DNA of 29,012 bases from a virus. Taxonomy: Duplodnaviria; Heunggongvirae; Uroviricota; Caudoviricetes; Crassvirales. Below are positions 24,201-29,012 of the stretch, one piece after another (position 1 is the first letter of the stretch; each line of letters opens with the position of its first letter). Under the pieces are notes generated by a model, which was not told the origin of the DNA, made no database searches, and worked only from the letters and a program-made list of their open reading frames with translations. The stretch lies in the IMG/VR virus record IMGVR_UViG_3300033069_000976, positions 1 to 29,012 of that record; one strand, given 5' to 3'. The position numbers and the translations under genes were made by a program.

Positions 24201-27200
24201 GCTGTAGCATCGTCACCAAACATATTCTTCAGAATCCTATTCCACTTCTGTTCTCCTTTTTCTGACATCTCTCCAAGAATAATAGCAGATAATGTAGCTT
24301 GTAAGTTTCCTTTCTTTATTATTTTTTTATTAAGATTTAAAGCCTCAGCAGCAGCTATATCTAGGAATTCATTTGTATAAAATATATCTGATTCTTGTTT
24401 AGTTCCTTTATATTGAACTAACTTTAAATCTCCCTTAGCATCAACATATACATTTTTAAGGTATGTATTCAGTTTATCTACGTCAAAGTCACCACCTGAT
24501 TTAGTAGTAATCTCAGCAGGAACTACTACTGTATCCCCTAATGATGGGTGTAAGAACCCTGCTACTTTAAATACCTCAATAGAGTTAATCTCCTGGGTAG
24601 GAATACGGAAACCTACACCAGTAAGTATTCTCTTACCTTCTTCAGTATTGTTTAAATAATCCAGTATTTCCTGGTCAGTCTTATTTTTTAATTTTGGAGA
24701 TTGTTGTAATTTTCTTTTAAACCAATTGGGTAACAATACCTCAGATGGATTGGTAGTACCATCCGCATTCTTAGTATAGAATTTTAACTTAGTAGAGAAT
24801 AACCTAACTTTCTCTTTATCAGCAGGGGATAATGAATCAAAGTCTTTAACTTCTTCCCATTTCTTACCTTTCTTAATATAAGGTTTTAATGTAGAATCAT
24901 TATCCCACATAGCAGAAGAAACCTGAATCTTTGCCCCACCATGCATTTTAGGAGAAACAACTGTTTTATCCACTATAGATAATAGGATGTTCTTTATAAC
25001 CTGATAGTTATTAGAAGCTTCTGGAGCTATAGCCAGTTTACCTACTTCATTCAGTTTAACACTGTCATATACATTTTGATTAGATTCTCTACTTACTATC
25101 TCATCGTAAAGTCTATCCGATAATTTTTTATAATCAGATACTTTAAACTTACCATTATTATCTTCTATACCTAATTCCTTTAAAAGACTATCATAACCTA
25201 TACTGGTTAACTCCTTCAGCATATCTTCATTATGCCTAAGCAGTTCATATATGGGTGACTCTTTTAATTTCTCATCTTCAGTTAATTCAAACCAGTCCTT
25301 TTTACCTTTATAATCTACTGGTACAGCACTATCGTACATATTCACATAGGCTAATTTAGTAGCCTGTGTACCTCTTGTACCACTATTATCTTCATGAGCA
25401 GAGGTTTCCAGTTGAATACCAAAGGCTGTTAAAGGTATTGTAAATTTAGAAACATCAGATATTTTAGTTTTATTTACAGTTCCATTGGCATTATAGAAAT
25501 TATGAAGCTCCTGAGCACCTTTCTTTCTACCACTTAATACAATGGAATAATCCTGAGAATTCTCAAAATTCTGTATAAAGTGTTCTCTAAGATGTGAACC
25601 CTCTTCAGTAAAAGAGAAGAATAAAGGGAAAGCAGATTGCTTATCAATTATAGTATCTAGATACTCAATACCTGTTTTAGCCCCTGTAATAATGGGCTTA
25701 AGGGGGACAACCATTTCAGATGATCTTCCCTTCTCTATAGTCTTTAAATCCTGTGCAACAAGTGCTAGATTCTTGGCGTATGCTTTACCATAGGCTTTGT
25801 TTCTTTTAGCATAATACTGCCTGAATGCAGCAGAGTCATACTGAAAGAAATCCTCTGCATCCCACATACCACTCTTTAATAAAGCTTCCCTATAAAAAGT
25901 AGGCATAGCCCACATCTGACCATCAGATCTATCTACATTGTCATATTCATCGTTACCATCATAAATAGCAGGTGAACCTACTACTTTAAAATCACTTAAG
26001 GTATATGTTTGTACTACATTGTCAAAATTGGTATACCCATAGTCTGAAGATTTTAAAGCTACTTTACCTGCATTATTCATTAACTTAGTCAATGCAATAT
26101 CAGCCTGTTCATCAGAAGCTATAGATTTACGAGGAGATCCATGAGATTTAATTCTCTTCAGGGAATCCTGGATACTTTTAAAAGTACCTACATCACCAAA
26201 TAATGTTTTTATAATCTCTGTATTATTTATAGCATAGTTTACAGCTACAAATTTAAAGAAATTATCTAATCCTTTCTTATCAAGAACAGCATAAGCTCTA
26301 TCAGTTTCTATTTTAGTCTTTCCAAAATGTTCATTCTCAAAAGCTGAGTCCAGACCATTAATAGAGTATACAGTACCTGCACCTTCCAAATAGTGTGTTA
26401 CTACTTTACCCTCATTAGTAAGGTCATTTTTTATACTCTCTGCTTCAATAGTTACAAACTTATCTACAGCTTCCAGCAATTTATCACTGTGTTTATTTAC
26501 AAACTCAGAAACCGCTTCTGGGGAAGGTTTAGTATCAGTAAACTTGTATATTTGTTTTTTAAACTCTTCTGATAAAATACCTTCCAAGAGTCTTAACTTA
26601 TTACCTTTACGTTCATAATTAAATACTCTATTAGGAGTATCTACTATCAGATTCATCTCATCCACCAGATAACCACCAAATATAGACTTTAGCTTTTTCT
26701 TATACACATCAGAAGATAAGTCTTCCATCTGTATATTATTCTTCATGGACATCATCCACTCAGTAGCACTATCTCCTGGCATGATTATATTACTATAACC
26801 ATTCACCAAGGCATTAATAGTAGTGAGCAACCTTTCTCCTAAATTTAATTTATCAACGGCTTTAGTTCTATCATTCTCTAACTGTATACCATTAAGATAT
26901 GCAATAGTTAATTTTTCTTCTGTCCTATTACCATTCTTATCAAAGTAGTCACCACCTAATTTAAATATTAAAGAATTACCCAACAATACATCTTTGTACT
27001 GTGGATTATCTTCAATAAATTTAGCTAGAGATGCAGTATTGTTTAAAGCATTAGCAAATTTACTATAGTAGTTATCATTAATAAACAACTGTTGTTGTTC
27101 ATTATCAATATTAAAGAAAGTAGATTTCTGCTCCAAATCAGTATTTCTTACGACTATATCAGCTAGTTCATTTAGCCTACCCTGAACACTACTCTTATTA

Positions 27201-29012
27201 GCAGTTATGCTGGTAGCATCTTTTATCTTAATATTCAAAAGTAAACTCTGAGCTGCCACTCTCATTTTTGTAGCTTCTGCTTTAGATAATTTATTTACTA
27301 ATTTTTTATCTATATCTATACCAAGTAAAGCAAGTTTAGGTAATAGATTACTCTTGAGTATACCTTTATCATCTGCTCCTGTAGTAGGTTTGAAGCTAGA
27401 AGTATCTACTGTGAAAGCATTTAGTTTGCCTACTTTTGTTTTTTTAACATAATTATTACCAGTTTTAGCTATAACTCTCAGATTACCAATCCATTGTTGA
27501 ATCTGTAATTTAGATAAGTTATTCAAATCTGCTGGAGCCATGAAGGTTTCCCCCTCTTGTTCCTCATTGCCTTTATTGTTAAATACAATGAATGGAACAG
27601 GTGCTTGTTTAGCAAAGGTTGTATAAAAGTCAAAGATTAACCTCCAATCATTGAAATCCATTTTATCATAATCTAAAGAACCCTCTTCACTTAGATTACC
27701 TTTTAATCTGGTATACAGTCTTACATAATCAGGATTATTCTTCCCAAGTAAATACAGATTTTGTAATTGTTCTTTGAGTGTATTTACACCAGCTAGTTTT
27801 TTAATAACCTCAATAAATGACTTACCAGAATGAACCAATTGTGGTCCACCATAGCTATTACCCTCCACTTTAGGGAATAAAGTACCCTCAATTAATTGAC
27901 CTGTTTTATCAGTTTTAACCAAAGTAGCAAATAACAACTTCATTGCTGAAGTAGAATTCTGCTTGGTGTCAATTAAGAAGTCATTTTTTGTATATTCATT
28001 TCTACCTTTATTCTCCTTCTCATCCATAGTAATCTCATCAGTAATCTTTATCTTGAAAGCACTACGGAGAAATTCTTTTGTTATCTTAACAGACTCTTCC
28101 CAATTTTGATTGATAGAATCATATACTTCTAGAGCACGAGTTATTTGGTCGTCAATCTCGTCTTTTCTAGATTTTTGTCTACCGTCTAAAGATTTAGATT
28201 GTTCCAGTAAAGCAGCTACATAGTCTCTTATTCTACCAGGAATTTTATCTTCTCTTTTACTATCAGGACTATCACCTAGTATTCTTCTCTTTACCTCTAC
28301 AAATAACTCATCAGCGGATATGTGCTCAAAAGAAGAATAAAATCCAGCACTCTCACTATCTCCCAATAGAACAAAAGCCACCTGTGCAGCCATATCTTCA
28401 ACTATCTCTCTGGTAGTCAATGAGTCTGTACCAGGAATAACCTGACTATATGCATTACCATTAAACTCCCTTACCTTCTGTTTCTTAGCAAATTTACCAT
28501 TATGTATGTCTGTAAATAGTCTATACTTTTTAGAACCTACCCAATACTTTAATAAGTCTTTTAACCACTTAAAAAACTTACCAATTAGACCCTTTGGTGG
28601 GATTGATTTAATATCCCTCATAAAAGCACCAAACTCATCAGCAATAGCCTCTTTAGCTTGTTGGAAAGATGCTTCACTTTTAGGAATAGTGGTTAGTGTT
28701 TCCCTATCAAATATAGTACCCTCTTGATTTATAAATTCTTCATATAAATCTATTTGTTGAGCATCTTCTAAAAGTATATTCCACACAGCTTCAAAGGCTT
28801 CATGGAATTCAGTTCCTTTTTCAGCTCTCTCAAAGATTTCAATACCAGAATTTGTAAATCTTCCCCAAGCTAATCTACTTGTTCCCAGTATCTGAATAAG
28901 TTGGTCAGTTATGGCAACAGGTATATTAGGTAGATTTATTTTCATCCACTCCCTAAAATAAGCATGATCTTCATCTGACATCCTTTCTACTTCAGTTTTT
29001 GTCATAAGCCGT
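21230..29012 (-). CDS. Virion-packaged single-chain double-psi-barrel RNA polymerase (crAss-like/phi14:2 gp66-type) with N-terminal zincin-like and C-terminal macro domains; partial
   Basis: GVGFRIPTQ (RIPTQ 24593-24607) and TKSGGDFDVDKL (DFDVD 24476-24490). Beta-like barrel motifs DGQMW (25910-25924), LKPIITG and DKQSAFPL. No stop upstream of ATG 29005 (CGG CTT in frame), so the true start may lie outside the window. Confidence 0.93.
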   Translation of the reverse strand, partial: RLMTKTEVERMSDEDHAYFREWMKINLPNIPVAITDQLIQILGTSRLAWGRFTNSGIEIFERAEKGTEFHEAFEAVWNILLEDAQQIDLYEEFINQEGTIFDRETLTTIPKSEASFQQAKEAIADEFGAFMRDIKSIPPKGLIGKFFKWLKDLLKYWVGSKKYRLFTDIHNGKFAKKQKVREFNGNAYSQVIPGTDSLTTREIVEDMAAQVAFVLLGDSESAGFYSSFEHISADELFVEVKRRILGDSPDSKREDKIPGRIRDYVAALLEQSKSLDGRQKSRKDEIDDQITRALEVYDSINQNWEESVKITKEFLRSAFKIKITDEITMDEKENKGRNEYTKNDFLIDTKQNSTSAMKLLFATLVKTDKTGQLIEGTLFPKVEGNSYGGPQLVHSGKSFIEVIKKLAGVNTLKEQLQNLYLLGKNNPDYVRLYTRLKGNLSEEGSLDYDKMDFNDWRLIFDFYTTFAKQAPVPFIVFNNKGNEEQEGETFMAPADLNNLSKLQIQQWIGNLRVIAKTGNNYVKKTKVGKLNAFTVDTSSFKPTTGADDKGILKSNLLPKLALLGIDIDKKLVNKLSKAEATKMRVAAQSLLLNIKIKDATSITANKSSVQGRLNELADIVVRNTDLEQKSTFFNIDNEQQQLFINDNYYSKFANALNNTASLAKFIEDNPQYKDVLLGNSLIFKLGGDYFDKNGNRTEEKLTIAYLNGIQLENDRTKAVDKLNLGERLLTTINALVNGYSNIIMPGDSATEWMMSMKNNIQMEDLSSDVYKKKLKSIFGGYLVDEMNLIVDTPNRVFNYERKGNKLRLLEGILSEEFKKQIYKFTDTKPSPEAVSEFVNKHSDKLLEAVDKFVTIEAESIKNDLTNEGKVVTHYLEGAGTVYSINGLDSAFENEHFGKTKIETDRAYAVLDKKGLDNFFKFVAVNYAINNTEIIKTLFGDVGTFKSIQDSLKRIKSHGSPRKSIASDEQADIALTKLMNNAGKVALKSSDYGYTNFDNVVQTYTLSDFKVVGSPAIYDGNDEYDNVDRSDGQMWAMPTFYREALLKSGMWDAEDFFQYDSAAFRQYYAKRNKAYGKAYAKNLALVAQDLKTIEKGRSSEMVVPLKPIITGAKTGIEYLDTIIDKQSAFPLFFSFTEEGSHLREHFIQNFENSQDYSIVLSGRKKGAQELHNFYNANGTVNKTKISDVSKFTIPLTAFGIQLETSAHEDNSGTRGTQATKLAYVNMYDSAVPVDYKGKKDWFELTEDEKLKESPIYELLRHNEDMLKELTSIGYDSLLKELGIEDNNGKFKVSDYKKLSDRLYDEIVSRESNQNVYDSVKLNEVGKLAIAPEASNNYQVIKNILLSIVDKTVVSPKMHGGAKIQVSSAMWDNDSTLKPYIKKGKKWEEVKDFDSLSPADKEKVRLFSTKLKFYTKNADGTTNPSEVLLPNWFKRKLQQSPKLKNKTDQEILDYLNNTEEGKRILTGVGFRIPTQEINSIEVFKVAGFLHPSLGDTVVVPAEITTKSGGDFDVDKLNTYLKNVYVDAKGDLKLVQYKGTKQESDIFYTNEFLDIAAAEALNLNKKIIKKGNLQATLSAIILGEMSEKGEQKWNRILKNMFGDDATATDIKEELMRKLTDYGKQLKDLEDIDLQEALLQVFIDKMYKQSIQNEYVESFEKIMLLPENYDRLLIPNSDHGMKEMRDNLNKLFGRDKISTSSPLLSLSYINSQRQLSIAGKDNVGIGAIAQVNHSLTQRQPVYIDPAKIVKTYPKDKDFLGDGTIKLRDKKGNPLYNEIVVKGKSYVSLSGKTDKAGKLITDKISAYLNGFVDILKDTFIAELGVNRSNAGIFLFLERIGVPSETVIHFMNQPIIVEYNKLLTQLGKPFLFNTENIDYVLGMFEGGEDSAIINTDNLSKNIETYFKNGKKGWTNVDNSQQRLVLAEFLKYAKMANQLREHIQAVTWDTANFSDFTLMEIKKMLLNNVNKYSIFNTPQDILDNSFLGDLKEKIGNASKAIGSFLKLQAGSGQMAILKTLYPLIDPKDNYLSAREAIKLGNKVTASFLDYLIQTRSNVYGSPLGSYIARQLTDQVNGTAFKVKRIKDDPENTLNQNYAIASLNVMIGEQEGQVNNLRLKLPTKDIFSQNAFIQGLRELKDIDPELYRSIAFASVLQSGTYKSYLSFTDLLPLEDFSALVNPILEMTSDDSSLEWYSEAKLFLKNNWQDQDFVSSTPYLLQKKDKSGWYKPWEVKPKFYQRAVNNFEKITNNSLEHPIFVSRWRQEAGSTLITLKKEDHINFTEVQIKQFKRRGDYQSYKVTVGYQLVMDGSEPYIIYDEKNPAFDKFVYKAVNLYGDGVKAQEYYEDNRPSQLNNGTLHLAQELTDQQVIDSFEGTVKPIAKTPAPVVKRDIEKPKPSSSVVTISDKIVEGDIWYSGGIPIITTNLGGIHGAGLANQAYKKGYIKYKQDGKFGDRGKVITFPVKTVWSDKTDMLLLADSVSQLIKLANANPGKKYSLPLIGLGHGEGSVKMIIPQIKRILDNTKNIKLVLPTESTDRGKQGTARTDKSLSIVEEVKQMLSITISKPVIENKPVVQVKNAPPKQNKGSLAEKLAMRKGPCK
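21441..21817 (-). other. Macro domain (DarG/Poa1p-like) inserted near the RNAP C-terminus
   Basis: VEGDIW...IITTNLGGIHGAGLA...ITFPVKTVW...YSLPLIGLGHGEG...IKLVLP reproduces the macro signature GDI / NxxGxxGxGxA / FPxK / PxIGxGxG in order. Confidence 0.8.

Noticed and set aside
156-28727. Short opposite-strand ORFs in the track (e.g. 156-386, 926-1234, 1320-1514, 2169-2423, 6314-6583, 8379-8651, 9638-9892, 16931-20437 set, 21186-21491, 23082-28727 set)
   Set aside because: They lie antisense within well-supported genes, have Ser/Leu/Ile/Phe-rich shadow composition, and show no motifs.
1-29012. tRNA, rRNA, CRISPR array, integrase/transposase, introns or inteins
   Set aside because: Intergenic gaps are all under ~90 nt. 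No cloverleaf, repeat-spacer array, recombinase motif or intein splice motif was seen by eye; a covariance-model scan would be needed to fully exclude small RNAs.

Overview
AT-rich (roughly 30-33% GC by eye) segment of a lytic dsDNA phage genome, most consistent with a crAss-like (Crassvirales-type) phage of an environmental Bacteroidota host. Two gene blocks converge on a bidirectional intrinsic terminator at ~2850-2882. The + block (1-2846) is replication/metabolism: the C-terminus of a class II ribonucleotide reductase, RecA, a MazG-like pyrophosphatase, an HNH-like protein and small hypotheticals. The - block (29012 to 2886) is virion/lysis. It holds a giant virion RNA polymerase (RIPTQ...GGDFDVDK; frame open past the window edge), a 1970-aa multidomain cargo protein, several tail-fibre/appendage genes, small membrane proteins, a lysis cassette (two holin-like genes plus GH24 lysozyme), two glycosyltransferases and a poly-Thr-tailed protein. 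Leading observations: (1) a DarG-like macrodomain, with the FPxK lysine retained, inserted in the C-terminal tail of the virion RNAP, next to a cargo protein carrying an ADP-ribosyltransferase-like domain and a PD-(D/E)XK nuclease, which suggests a co-injected ADP-ribose writer/eraser or anti-DarT module; (2) a tightly coupled GT2 + GT95/96-like + poly-Thr protein unit that suggests virion O-glycosylation; (3) a holin/tail-fibre-tip chimeric ORF broken by one TAG at a Trp-aligned position. All family assignments come from motif recognition by eye; no database searches were run.
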